A DNA stretch of 64,000 bases, taken from an uncultured Dehalococcoidia bacterium. GTDB lineage: Bacteria > Chloroflexota > Dehalococcoidia > Lucifugimonadales > UBA3495. A program made the position numbers and the translations under genes. Positions 9,513 to 19,296 of the stretch are shown one piece after another. The first letter of the stretch is position 1, and the number at the start of each line of letters is the position of its first letter. The notes below the pieces were generated by a model that was given only the letters and a program-made list of their open reading frames with translations, did not search any database and was not told the origin of the DNA. The stretch lies in contig CAYXDE010000003.1 in the NCBI GenBank assembly GCA_964463525.1, positions 18,407-82,406 of the forward strand, read 5' to 3'.

Positions 9513-10472
9513 ATGAAATACGGGTTCACGATACCGGGAAGCGGTCCTCTATCAGCCCCCGAGTCCATGAGAGCTCTCGTCCGCAGCGGGGAAGACCTTG
9601 GCTTCGACACTGTGGTCTGTCCCGACCACATCGTCTTCCCCAAAGACATCTCCTCTCCCTATCCCTACAACCCGGAGGCCGTCCACCCGGGGACCGTTGG
9701 TGGGGCGTGCCTAGACCAGCTGACGGTGCTGGCGTTCATCGCCGGCCAGACCACCACTCTGCGCCTTGGCACCAGCGTCATGATCGTGCCGCACCGCAAC
9801 CCCATCGTCGCCGCCAAGGCCCTGGCCACCCTGGACGTTCTTTCCAACGGCCGGGTGACCCTGGGGGTTGGCGCCGGCTGGCTGCGTGAGGAGTTCGAGA
9901 CGCTGGACCTGCCGTCATTCGACGAAAGAGGAGCCGTCACCGACGAATACATCCGGGCGTTCATCGAGCTTTGGACGTCGGACAACCCGGAGTTTGAAGG
10001 CAAGTACATCAATTTCTCGAATATACATTTCCTGCCCAAACCCGTGCAGAAGCCCCACATACCCATCTGGGTGGGCGGGGAGAGCAACCGGGCCATCAGG
10101 CGGACGGCGCGGATGGGCAACGCCTGGCATCCTTTGGGGACCAACCCAGACTTTCCGCTGGGCACCCCGGAGCTGCTCAAGGCGGCCATGGACCGCTTGG
10201 CGGCACGGACCGAGCGTGAAGGACGGGACCCTAAGAGCGTTGAGGTGGCCTTCCGGGTTTCCACCTTTGATCCCAATGCAGACGGCTCAGAGGGGATTCC
10301 CTTCTCCGGTCCGGCGGAAAAGGTTGCCGAGGATATCCGCGCCTACGATGCCCTGGGGGTTACCAACCTGATCTTCGACTTTGGCGGTGTGGCCAGTTCC
10401 AGGGTGGGCGACCCATCGGCGATCATCGCCATGCAAGAGGCGTTGGCGCTACAGGTCTGGCCCAAGGTCTAA
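9513..10472 (+). CDS. LLM-class (luciferase-like) F420-dependent oxidoreductase
   Basis: The real start is ATG 9513 (MKYGFTIPG...) behind a GGAGAG SD. The upstream part of track ORF 8913..10472 is antisense to boxC. LLM hallmarks are present: GFDTVVCPDH, RLGTSVMIVPHRNP, GRVTLGVGAGW. Confidence 0.85.
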   Translation: MKYGFTIPGSGPLSAPESMRALVRSGEDLGFDTVVCPDHIVFPKDISSPYPYNPEAVHPGTVGGACLDQLTVLAFIAGQTTTLRLGTSVMIVPHRNPIVAAKALATLDVLSNGRVTLGVGAGWLREEFETLDLPSFDERGAVTDEYIRAFIELWTSDNPEFEGKYINFSNIHFLPKPVQKPHIPIWVGGESNRAIRRTARMGNAWHPLGTNPDFPLGTPELLKAAMDRLAARTEREGRDPKSVEVAFRVSTFDPNADGSEGIPFSGPAEKVAEDIRAYDALGVTNLIFDFGGVASSRVGDPSAIIAMQEALALQVWPKV

Positions 10473-10718
10473 CTTGTGGGCTCATATCTTGAAAGCAGCC
10501 GACGTTTAAATATGGCCTTTGTCCTGATGGCCGTTTCGATTTCACCTTACGAATACCCATTTTGTATGAATTTAGTAAGGATTTATACTCACGGCTGTTA
10601 ATCTTCGGCTCAAAGATATAGAATTGGCGCTTATCTGGTAGCTGATTGCCTGAATGCGCTCCGCATCTTGGGTTTTTGATTCAAAACGGGATTTACATGC
10701 GGTATTGGTGGTCCGAGT

Positions 10719-13700
10719 ATGTCCCCTTCTCCTCAGGGTTCTAAAGAACTAGAGGTACTGGTTGAAGTCACAGAGATTTTAACCAGTAGTCTCCCATTTC
10801 CGGAAAGATGTGATTCGGTGTTGGCTGTTTTGGCCGAATTCACTGGTTCGGATATCGTCACGTTGCGTGAGTTGGACTCTGAAGCCGCGATTCTGAGCCT
10901 TGTCGCCTCCTACAGCCGCCTTCCGTCGACCCAAGAGATCCGGGAATTCTTGCCGGCCGGCACGTACCTGTCCGGTCAGTCATTGGAAACGGGACAGCCG
11001 GCAGCGGTCAACGATTATTCCGCCAAAGTACCGTCTCCTTCCGGGTATATCGCCGGAATCCGGTCCGCATTGAGTCTCCCGATTCAGCTAAATGGCGAAT
11101 TGTTTGGAACACTGGGATTTGGATCAACTTCCACTGGCCATTACCAAGAGGATACCGTACGCGCACTCTCTTCATTTGCCGCTGCGGTCGGGATGATGAT
11201 GGCCAAGGCGCAGCTTGAAAAGATTCACGAGATTGAGGCCAGTGTAGGGCGCATCGTCAGCGCCCCACTGGTCGGTCTAGATGTCTTTGAGCAATTTGCG
11301 GAACAGGCTGCGAAAGCGCTCGATTTTGATCGGTTCGTGTTGAATTCCGTCGATGTTGACAACGGCACTTTCGTTACTGAATTCATATTTGGTGAAGAGG
11401 CAGAGGGATATCCGGTAGGCAAGGTCCTTTCAAGTGAAGGAACGGCCCAGGATCTGGTGATACGTTCTAGGGCCGGACAGCGCGGAGCGTTGGATGAGCT
11501 GGACGATGGAGAACCCAGATTTCCAAATTCAGGATTCTTCGTAGATTCTGGCCAGCGTTATTTCCTTGGCGTCCCCTTGATAGTAGGGAATCAATTGGTT
11601 GGAACGATCGGATTCAACAGAGGTTCGGGCCCTTTTACCCGGAAAGATCTGCTAAGAGCTGAAAGGCTAGGTGTTCTCGTAGCCGGCGCGTTCGCTGATT
11701 ACAAACAACAGGAATTCAGAGCTCAGGCCGAACGGGAGATCAACCGAAATAGAACGATACTCGAAGTCGAGGCCGCAATAGGTAGAGTTCTGACTTCACC
11801 TCTGGAAAATTCCGAATTATTTGAGGAAATGAGGCAAGAGCTCAACAAGATGCTTCCCGTGGACAGGCTTGTGATCGCGAGCGTGGACCTGGACACACAG
11901 ACTTTCAACCAGGAATTCAGCGAATTCTTTAACAATCCCGATATGATGGCCGTCGACAATACAGGCCAGCCATATTTCGGATCGATAACCGGAGAGGTCA
12001 TCAAGACCGGAGTATCCCAGATATTTCATTCCGACGACACTCGGATAGTATCCGGAGATTTGCCACGCGCTAAGGCGGTGATAGAACAGGGCTACACTTC
12101 CATGCTGGCGACCCCTCTTGGGTACGAGGGAAAGATCATCGGCACGATTATCTGCGGGAGGAGAGACGGGAAATACGGCGATGAGGACATGGTTGCGGTA
12201 GAGCGTATCGGGACACTGGTGGCAGGCGCACTTGCCACCTTTAGGATTGCCAAAGAGCGAGACCGGGCCCAATCGGCCCGCGAAGAAAGTGAGCGGCGAA
12301 ACACAATCATCCTTGAGGTGGAGGCCAATATCGGCCGGATATTGAGTTCATCACTGAGCAGTCCTGGTTCAGCCCAGTCTCTTATGTTGGAGCTCGCTGA
12401 AATCATACCTTTGGACAGGTATGTCATCTTGAGTACTGACCTTGAAACGGAGACGTTCACTCAGGATTTCCATTCGTTCTTGTACGACCCTGCTTTGATC
12501 CTGGCCAACAACCAAGGCCAGACCTACGTCGGATCATTAACTGGGGAGATCATTCGAACCGGGGTTGGTCAGACGATCCATTCCGATGACCCGCGGTTGT
12601 CAACCGGTGAGTTGCCGCTGGCCCAAATGGTGTTTCGTCAGGGTTACCGGTCGTTGATGGGCGTGCCGCTAAGATACGAAGGACGTATCATCGGCGTCTT
12701 TGCCTGCTCTAGGTCCGTTGGCGAGTACGATGAAAACGATGTCAACATCGCTAACCGAATCGGGACCATATTGGCCGGGGCTCTTGCTACATTCAAGATA
12801 ATCGACGAGCGAGACCGGGCCCAATCGGCCCGCGTCGAAAGTGAGATGCGCTATACGGCTATCCTTGAGGTGGAGGCAGAGATCGGCAGGATCTTGAGCT
12901 CTCCGATTGGCATAGCCGACGTATTTGACCGGTTCGCTATGGAGATCCGAAAGCTGATCTCATTCGACCGTGTTACCATCACTGGAGTCGACCTTGAGGA
13001 CAAAGTATTCACCCAAGATTTTCTCCACCTGACCGGTGACGAGAGGTACAACCTGGGCGGAGGGCGGTCATACGAGGGCACGGTCGTAGGGGCCGCAGTA
13101 GAGTCAAGTGAGACAGTGATCATCAGTGCTGGTGATGACCGGCTTCAAACTCCCGAATTCGACAAAGTTCCACCCCATCTGGAGAATGGCCAGACTACGT
13201 TCATGGCTGTTCCGCTTGTGTCCCAAGACCAGATGATAGGTGCGTTGGCCTTTTCACGGTCGGGCGAACACTACACCAAAGACGACCAGGACCACGCTGA
13301 GCGGCTGGGCGCTCTGATCGCCGGGCCCATGGCCGGGCACGTTTTTGAGCAGGCGCGGTTGCGGGCAGAGGAGAGTCAGAAGGAGAGCGAAGCGCTCTTG
13401 GGACAGATCGCTGACAGCATCGGAGGCGTGTTTTGGTTGGTTGACCTAGACCCTCACCGCCTGGTCTACGCGAGTCCACGGGCCGAAGAGGTGTGGGGTC
13501 TGCCGTTATCCGAGATCTACGATGATTTCTCCTACATATTCAGCAATATCCACCCAGAAGACCGGGAAGAGATTCGGAATGACAGTGCCGTGGCCGACAA
13601 GTCCGGCTACCTTGATATTGAATACCGGATATTCAAAGAGGACGGCGAGGTCAGATGGATACGGAGCCGGGGATTCCCAGTTCGGGACAACGGTCAAGAT

Positions 13701-14873
13701 TTCTCCAGAATGAGCGGGTTCGCCGAGGACGTCACCGATCGAAAAGCGGAACTGGAGCGAATAACAGAGGCCGGACGTCTGCTTTCTGTCGGAGAATTGG
13801 CATCGGGCGTGGCCCACGAGATCAACAACCCGTTGGCCGCCATCAATCTTTATTCCGAAGCCCTGATGGACCAGCCGCTGCCAGACGATGTGAAAGAGGA
13901 CCTCAAGGTTATCTCTGCCCAGGGTAAAAGGGCTGGCAACATCGTCCGAAACCTATTGCAATTCGCCAGAAATTCGTCGCCCGAAGTGACCTCGGTTGAT
14001 GCCAAGGAGTTCATAGACCGATGTGTGGCACTGAAGAGTCATGACTTCCGCGTCAACAACGTATCTGCCACCACGAAAGCCATCTTGGACACCCCTTCCA
14101 TCGAGATCGATGAACAGCTGATGACCCAGGTTATCCTGAATATCCTGAGCAATGCAGAACAAGCCTGCGTAAAGGCACATGGACGGGGTCACATAACGAT
14201 CTTGGTCCAGGAGACCGGTAGTTCGATTCGGATAAGCATCTCCGATGATGGGCCCGGTATCTCAGAGGAGATTCTCCCAAAGGTATTCGACCCATTCTTC
14301 ACAACCAAAGAAGTGGGTTTTGGGACGGGCTTAGGGCTGAGCGTCTCCTATGGAATCATCGCGCAGTTGGGTGGTTCATTGTGGGTTGAGAGCGACGGTA
14401 AGAGTGGGGCGGACTTCCACATAGAGATCCCGGCGATGAGGACTGAGGAATCGCCCGAAACCGCAGATCCACTAGGCCCGGCGTCTGAATCGGCCTCGCA
14501 ACCCCGCATCCTGGTGGTTGATGATGAGCGAGACCTTCGGAATATCCTGGAGAGGATATTGATTCGCCTGGACTATGCCGTTGACCAAGCTTCCGACGGT
14601 GAAGAGGCCTGGGGAAAATTGCAGCAAGCCGAATATGATTGCATCCTGCTCGATATGCGCATGCCCGGAACCGGGGGCCAGGAATTGTTCGAGCGATTGT
14701 CCGCTTCAGACCCAGGGACGTCCTCAAAGGTCATCTTTTTGACCGGCGATCTGGCGAACGATAATACACGGCGATTCCTTGGCCCCTTGGACAACCTGGC
14801 GCTTGCCAAGCCGGTGTCGATCGAGGACTTGGAAGAAGCCTTGGGCTTGTTCACCCGAAGGGTTGCCGGCTAA
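10719..14873 (+). CDS. hybrid sensor histidine kinase/response regulator: 5x GAF, PAS, HisKA, HATPase_c, REC
   Basis: Five GAF-like modules (about aa 10-165, 170-335, 345-515, 525-705, 715-880). A PAS domain at about aa 890-1010. H-box GVAHEINNPLAAI, N-box NILSNAEQA, G-boxes DDGPGI and GTGLGLS. C-terminal receiver (ILVVDDE...ILLDMRMPG). Confidence 0.9.
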   Translation: MSPSPQGSKELEVLVEVTEILTSSLPFPERCDSVLAVLAEFTGSDIVTLRELDSEAAILSLVASYSRLPSTQEIREFLPAGTYLSGQSLETGQPAAVNDYSAKVPSPSGYIAGIRSALSLPIQLNGELFGTLGFGSTSTGHYQEDTVRALSSFAAAVGMMMAKAQLEKIHEIEASVGRIVSAPLVGLDVFEQFAEQAAKALDFDRFVLNSVDVDNGTFVTEFIFGEEAEGYPVGKVLSSEGTAQDLVIRSRAGQRGALDELDDGEPRFPNSGFFVDSGQRYFLGVPLIVGNQLVGTIGFNRGSGPFTRKDLLRAERLGVLVAGAFADYKQQEFRAQAEREINRNRTILEVEAAIGRVLTSPLENSELFEEMRQELNKMLPVDRLVIASVDLDTQTFNQEFSEFFNNPDMMAVDNTGQPYFGSITGEVIKTGVSQIFHSDDTRIVSGDLPRAKAVIEQGYTSMLATPLGYEGKIIGTIICGRRDGKYGDEDMVAVERIGTLVAGALATFRIAKERDRAQSAREESERRNTIILEVEANIGRILSSSLSSPGSAQSLMLELAEIIPLDRYVILSTDLETETFTQDFHSFLYDPALILANNQGQTYVGSLTGEIIRTGVGQTIHSDDPRLSTGELPLAQMVFRQGYRSLMGVPLRYEGRIIGVFACSRSVGEYDENDVNIANRIGTILAGALATFKIIDERDRAQSARVESEMRYTAILEVEAEIGRILSSPIGIADVFDRFAMEIRKLISFDRVTITGVDLEDKVFTQDFLHLTGDERYNLGGGRSYEGTVVGAAVESSETVIISAGDDRLQTPEFDKVPPHLENGQTTFMAVPLVSQDQMIGALAFSRSGEHYTKDDQDHAERLGALIAGPMAGHVFEQARLRAEESQKESEALLGQIADSIGGVFWLVDLDPHRLVYASPRAEEVWGLPLSEIYDDFSYIFSNIHPEDREEIRNDSAVADKSGYLDIEYRIFKEDGEVRWIRSRGFPVRDNGQDFSRMSGFAEDVTDRKAELERITEAGRLLSVGELASGVAHEINNPLAAINLYSEALMDQPLPDDVKEDLKVISAQGKRAGNIVRNLLQFARNSSPEVTSVDAKEFIDRCVALKSHDFRVNNVSATTKAILDTPSIEIDEQLMTQVILNILSNAEQACVKAHGRGHITILVQETGSSIRISISDDGPGISEEILPKVFDPFFTTKEVGFGTGLGLSVSYGIIAQLGGSLWVESDGKSGADFHIEIPAMRTEESPETADPLGPASESASQPRILVVDDERDLRNILERILIRLDYAVDQASDGEEAWGKLQQAEYDCILLDMRMPGTGGQELFERLSASDPGTSSKVIFLTGDLANDNTRRFLGPLDNLALAKPVSIEDLEEALGLFTRRVAG
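12255..12834 (+). repeat. intragenic tandem module duplication (552-nt, 184-codon period) inside the kinase gene
   Basis: An identical 28-mer GAGCGAGACCGGGCCCAATCGGCCCGCG occurs at 12255-12282 and 12807-12834. The protein-level linker ERDRAQSAR.ESE.R.T.ILEVEA.IGRILSS is repeated, with a more diverged third copy near 11720. Confidence 0.85.
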
Positions 14874-14912
14874 GAAGCCGTCAGAAAGCCAGCCGACCAT
14901 CGCCCCACCGCT

Positions 14913-15683
14913 TCAGCGGGACTTATAGACCGGGTCCCGTTTCTCCCGGTAGGCTGTCATCGCTTCATCATGGTCGGGCGCGGCGATGGCGATGGACTGG
15001 CGGTGCAGGTATTCCTCGAAGAATTGGCCGTGAGGCAGGTCTTGATAGGCTGAGAGCATCAGCTTCGTCTGCCGGGCGCCCTCGGAGCTGAGCGCAAGAT
15101 ACCGCTGGGTGACTGCCTCCACTTCCCGTTCGAACTCAGACGCTTTAACGGCGTAGTCCACCAACCCTATGCGCAACGCTTCCACGCCGTCCACGTTCTC
15201 CCCTGAGATCGCCATGCGCTTGGCCCGGCCCAGGCCGACGTACCGGGGCAGCCGGTAGGTGCCCAGCCCTGGGATGAACCCTTCTTTTGCTGCCGGCAGG
15301 CCCAGCACCGCATCCTCGGTTGCGATGCGTATGTCGCAGGCCAGCGGGAGCTGCAGCCCACCTCCCAAGGCGAAACCCTGGATAGCGCAGACGATCAGCT
15401 TGTCTGACCGCTCAAGGAGCCGCAACGCCTGGTCCCACTGATAGAAGTAGTCGTGGGGGGTCTCCTCCGCCGATAGCTCCTTGAGGTCTATGCCGGTGCA
15501 GAAGGCCCGTCCGTTGCCCCGGACGAGCACGGCCCTGGCGTGGGGGTCGTCATGGATGGCCTGGGCCGCTTGATGAAGGTCCAGCGTGCCCTGGTAGTTG
15601 ACGGCGTTCAGGACCTCGGGCCTGTCTAGGGTGAGACGGATCAGTTCGCCGTCCGTCTCGTACTTCATGGTCTGCAGTTCCAT
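14913..15683 (-). CDS. enoyl-CoA hydratase/isomerase (crotonase family)
   Basis: 256 aa. Contains AFCTGIDLKE and the oxyanion-hole GGGLQL. Lies 28 nt downstream of the PaaK-like ligase. Confidence 0.85.
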   Translation of the reverse strand: MELQTMKYETDGELIRLTLDRPEVLNAVNYQGTLDLHQAAQAIHDDPHARAVLVRGNGRAFCTGIDLKELSAEETPHDYFYQWDQALRLLERSDKLIVCAIQGFALGGGLQLPLACDIRIATEDAVLGLPAAKEGFIPGLGTYRLPRYVGLGRAKRMAISGENVDGVEALRIGLVDYAVKASEFEREVEAVTQRYLALSSEGARQTKLMLSAYQDLPHGQFFEEYLHRQSIAIAAPDHDEAMTAYREKRDPVYKSR

Positions 15684-15711
15684 CGTTCGCCTCCCTGGGG
15701 TCGGGATTCGC

Positions 15712-16998
15712 CTAGATCTGCCGGTTATCTATCACCCGGACGGCTTTGCCCTCGCTGCGGGCGATCTCTCCGGGGCCAAGTATGGTCACATCGCAGCCGA
15801 TGCCCAGCGCGTTACGGAGGCTGGTACCCAACACTCCCCTGATCGCGGCGTGCTGACTAGGGTCTTCTGCCGACTCAACCCTGATCTCCAAGTCGTCCAT
15901 GTGGTCGGCTCCCCTTTCCACCACCAACTGGTAATGAGGCTCCACCTGACTCATGCCCAGAAGCACGGTCTCGATCTGGGACGGGAACACGTTCACGCCC
16001 CGGATGATCAACATATCGTCGTTGCGGCCCAGCACCTTTTCCATCCTGACCGTGGTGCGTCCGCAGGGGCATTCGCCTGGGATGAGCCTGGCCAGGTCGC
16101 GGGTCCGGTAGCGGACCAGCGGGAGGGCTTCTTTGGTGACACAGCTAAAAACAAGTTCTCCCTGCTCGCCCAGCGGCAAGGGCTCAAGGGTTTCGGAATC
16201 TATGATCTCAGGTATGAAGTGGTCCTCGGCTATGTGCATACCGGTCTTGTGGGTGCATTCCATGGCCACAGCCGGCCCGATGACCTCGGATAGGCCGTAG
16301 ATGTCCAAGGCCGCGATTCCCAGGCGGGACTCTATCTCGGTCCGCATCTGCTCCGACCATGGTTCCGCGCCAAAGATTCCTACTCGAAGCGGCCCGGCTT
16401 GAACGTCATACCCAGCCTCGGCGGCGCCTTCAGCCAACACCAGGGCGTAAGAAGGGGTGGCGCAGAGGACAGTCGAGCCGAAATCTTGCAGCAGCAAGAC
16501 CTGCCGGGCTGTGTTCCCGGCGGAGGTCGGCACCACCGCTGCGCCCAGTTTTTCGACACCGTAGTGCAGGCCGAGACCGCCGGTGAACAGCCCATACCCG
16601 TATGAGTTCTGGACGATGTCATCTCTGGTTACGGCGGCCAGAGAGAGAGCCCGGGCCGCTAGACCGGCCCACATCTCGATGTCGTTGGCTGTGTAGCCGA
16701 CGACTGTGGGCTTGCCGGTTGTCCCGCTGGAGGCGTGGATGCGCACCACTTCAGCCATGGGTCTGGCGAAGAGGCCGAACGGGTAGTTGTCGCGTAGGTC
16801 CTGTTTGTTGGTGAAGGGCAGGCGCGCCAGGTCACCGAGTGAATTGATGTCCTTTGGGTCGATCCCTGCTAATTGGCCGCGATAGAAGGGGACCTGTTGT
16901 TTGACGTTGGCCAGGCACGTTCTCAGCCGTTCCACCTGGAGACGCTCCATCTCTTCCCGTGAAATTGTCTCGACTGCTTCCCTGGCCGGTGAATGCAC
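15712..16998 (-). CDS. paaK: phenylacetate-CoA ligase family protein (PaaK-like)
   Basis: 428 aa. N-terminus ISREEMERLQVERLRTCL, P-loop SSGTTGKPTVV, PaaK-like length. Substrate is not determinable from sequence. Confidence 0.8.
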   Translation of the reverse strand: MHSPAREAVETISREEMERLQVERLRTCLANVKQQVPFYRGQLAGIDPKDINSLGDLARLPFTNKQDLRDNYPFGLFARPMAEVVRIHASSGTTGKPTVVGYTANDIEMWAGLAARALSLAAVTRDDIVQNSYGYGLFTGGLGLHYGVEKLGAAVVPTSAGNTARQVLLLQDFGSTVLCATPSYALVLAEGAAEAGYDVQAGPLRVGIFGAEPWSEQMRTEIESRLGIAALDIYGLSEVIGPAVAMECTHKTGMHIAEDHFIPEIIDSETLEPLPLGEQGELVFSCVTKEALPLVRYRTRDLARLIPGECPCGRTTVRMEKVLGRNDDMLIIRGVNVFPSQIETVLLGMSQVEPHYQLVVERGADHMDDLEIRVESAEDPSQHAAIRGVLGTSLRNALGIGCDVTILGPGEIARSEGKAVRVIDNRQI

Positions 16999-17099
16999 TG
17001 CGCCTCCATGCTCCCGGATAGTTGGTGCAGTATATCGCCGATTGACCGGCCACGCACAGGCGCATACAATTGGCCCACCAAATCGGAGGTGACGCCTAC

Positions 17100-17612
17100 G
17101 TGCCCGTTTCGGTCAAAAATTCCGAGGTCCTTTTTGCGGCCATAAGGTCCGCTGGGATAAGTCTGTTGTCGGCCCTGCCGGAGACTTGGTTGGTCCATGT
17201 GATGCAGATGGCCGAAGACGACCCGGACATGACCTTGATCAGGCTCAATAAAGAAGAAGAGGGCGTTGGCATCTCTTCGGGCGCTCACTTCGCCGGCCGG
17301 AAGTCGGCCATGTTGATGCAGAACCACGGGCTGCTTACCTCGGTGAACGGCATCGTCTCCGTGGCCCAGCTCTACCGCATACCCCTGCTGATGTTCATCA
17401 GCTACCGAGGCGAGATGGGCGAGAGTGACCCGTGGCAGACCGAGGGTGGGCGAGTCACCGAACCGCTGCTCCAGTCCTTGGGCATCACCTACCGCAAACT
17501 GTCCGACCCGGCGAAGATCAGCCACGAGATACAACAGGCCCAGACCCTGGCCGAAAGTTCGCTGCGCCCGGTGGCCCTACTGCTGACCCGGGACCTGATG
17601 TGGGAGGAGTGA
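17100..17612 (+). CDS. ThDP-dependent decarboxylase, alpha subunit (sulfopyruvate/phosphonopyruvate decarboxylase ComD-like)
   Basis: ThDP pyrimidine-binding N-domain only (about 170 aa; LNKEEEGVGISSGAHFAG). The track start is TTG 17070; I prefer GTG 17100, which lies 9 nt after GGAGGT. Confidence 0.7.
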   Translation: MPVSVKNSEVLFAAIRSAGISLLSALPETWLVHVMQMAEDDPDMTLIRLNKEEEGVGISSGAHFAGRKSAMLMQNHGLLTSVNGIVSVAQLYRIPLLMFISYRGEMGESDPWQTEGGRVTEPLLQSLGITYRKLSDPAKISHEIQQAQTLAESSLRPVALLLTRDLMWEE

Positions 17613-18184
17613 TGCTGAGGGAAGAGGCGCTGAAAGCTGTATACCCACGGCTTAAAGACCAGGTGGTTGTGACCATCATGGGCGCTGTTGCCGTGGAGCT
17701 TTACAACCTGGGGCACCAGCCGAACTTCTTCTATCTGGAGCACGGCATGGGCCTGGCGTCGTCCATGGGCCTGGGGCTGGCCGTGTCTCTGCCGAAGGAG
17801 AAGGTAACGGTGCTGGACGGCGATGGCTCCGTGCTGATGAACCTGGGGTCGTTGAGCACACTGGCGCGTTACCGGCCGCCCAACCTGACACACTGGATAT
17901 TCGATAACGAGAGCCTGCTATCGGTGGGCGGGTTTCCGACGGCCACCGGTACCGGTACCGACCTGGCGGGTATCGCAGAGAAGGCCGGGGCGGAGCATGT
18001 AGCCTTGGCCGACACCATAGAGGCCGCCGAGCAGGCGTTCGCCGAAGCCTCCGAGCGGGAAGGACTGTCGGTGATCGTCTCCAAAGTGGAGCCCATCGGG
18101 CCTCCGTCCTTTGCTATGGACATCGGCCTATTGGAAAACCGCTTCGAGTTTGCCCGCCATCTACAGGGTCTGACGGGAGCGTAA
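17612..18184 (+). CDS. ThDP-dependent decarboxylase, beta subunit (ComE-like)
   Basis: ATG 17612 overlaps the alpha-subunit stop (TGATG). ThDP-binding GDG...N motif (LDGDGSVLMNLGSLSTLARYRPPNLTHWIFDNES). The upstream part of track ORF 17432.. is an out-of-frame overlap with the alpha subunit. Confidence 0.75.
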   Translation: MLREEALKAVYPRLKDQVVVTIMGAVAVELYNLGHQPNFFYLEHGMGLASSMGLGLAVSLPKEKVTVLDGDGSVLMNLGSLSTLARYRPPNLTHWIFDNESLLSVGGFPTATGTGTDLAGIAEKAGAEHVALADTIEAAEQAFAEASEREGLSVIVSKVEPIGPPSFAMDIGLLENRFEFARHLQGLTGA

Positions 18185-18292
18185 GACCGGACCGGAAATA
18201 TCGATTTTGCTTCTGAGTCCACGGGTATGTTAGTGTACCGGCGGCAGACTCAACGGGAATCTGGGCGCCAAGTCAAATGTGAGCTTTTTTCA

Positions 18293-19279
18293 ATGCCAGA
18301 AAGAGACGTAGTTCTCGAGGTTAACGACCTTCATACGTACTTCTTCAACCGCCGTGGAGTGACCAAAGCGGTTGACGGCGTGAGTTTTTCCATCAAGGAA
18401 GGCGAGACCCTGGGTATCGTTGGGGAATCGGGCTGCGGCAAGACGATGACCGCCCTCTCCCTGTTGCGGCTGGTCCCAAAGCCGGCGGCGCGGATAGTTT
18501 CCGGGGAGATTCTTCTGGACGGCGACGACTTGGCCCAGATATCCGATAACGAGATGCGGGAAGTGCGTGGCCGGAAGATATCCATGATCCTCCAAGACCC
18601 GCAAACCTCCTTGAACCCGGTTTTTACCATCGGAAACCAGTTGGCGGAAGCCCTGGGCGCCCACGGCAACACCAGCCGTAGAGACATCGTTGGAAGGGCG
18701 GTCGAGGCGCTGAGAAACGTGAGAGTGGCGGCGCCGGAGCGAAGACTGGAAGACTATCCCCATCAGATGAGCGGGGGTATGAAGCAGAGGGTCATCGGGG
18801 CGATCGCCGTTTCCGCCGCCCCAAAGGTCATCATCGCAGACGAACCGACCACCGCTTTGGACGTTACCATCCAACTCCAGTACCTGAGACTTTTGAAAGA
18901 CATCCAAGAGGAGACCGGGCTGGCCATTATCTTCATAACTCACGACTTCGGAATCGTGGCCCGGATGTGCGACCGCGTGGCCGTGATGTATGCCGGCAAG
19001 ATCGTGGAGCAGGCGGACGTGAGAGACCTGTTCAACAAGCCTCTTCATCCCTACACCCAAGCGCTGATGAACTCTGTGCCCAAGATGGACCGCACCGAAC
19101 GTCTCTTCCAGATAGATGGTCAGCCGCCGCCCCTGTGGGACCTGCCAGAGGGGTGCCGCTTCGCTTCCCGGTGTGCGCATGCCACGGACCTGTGCCGCTC
19201 CGGATACCCCGAGGAGAGCAGTCACGAGAACGACCATTTTGCGTCATGCTGGATGCTACAGCCGGAATGGAATAACTAG
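18293..19279 (+). CDS. ABC transporter ATP-binding protein (DppD/OppD type)
   Basis: Walker A GESGCGKT, signature SGGMKQR, Walker B IIADEPT, and the C-terminal oligopeptide-type extension. Start trimmed to ATG 18293 ([10 protein letters not shown]). Confidence 0.9.
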   Translation: MPERDVVLEVNDLHTYFFNRRGVTKAVDGVSFSIKEGETLGIVGESGCGKTMTALSLLRLVPKPAARIVSGEILLDGDDLAQISDNEMREVRGRKISMILQDPQTSLNPVFTIGNQLAEALGAHGNTSRRDIVGRAVEALRNVRVAAPERRLEDYPHQMSGGMKQRVIGAIAVSAAPKVIIADEPTTALDVTIQLQYLRLLKDIQEETGLAIIFITHDFGIVARMCDRVAVMYAGKIVEQADVRDLFNKPLHPYTQALMNSVPKMDRTERLFQIDGQPPPLWDLPEGCRFASRCAHATDLCRSGYPEESSHENDHFASCWMLQPEWNN

Positions 19280-19296
19280 GCGCCTGGAGGACTTCG

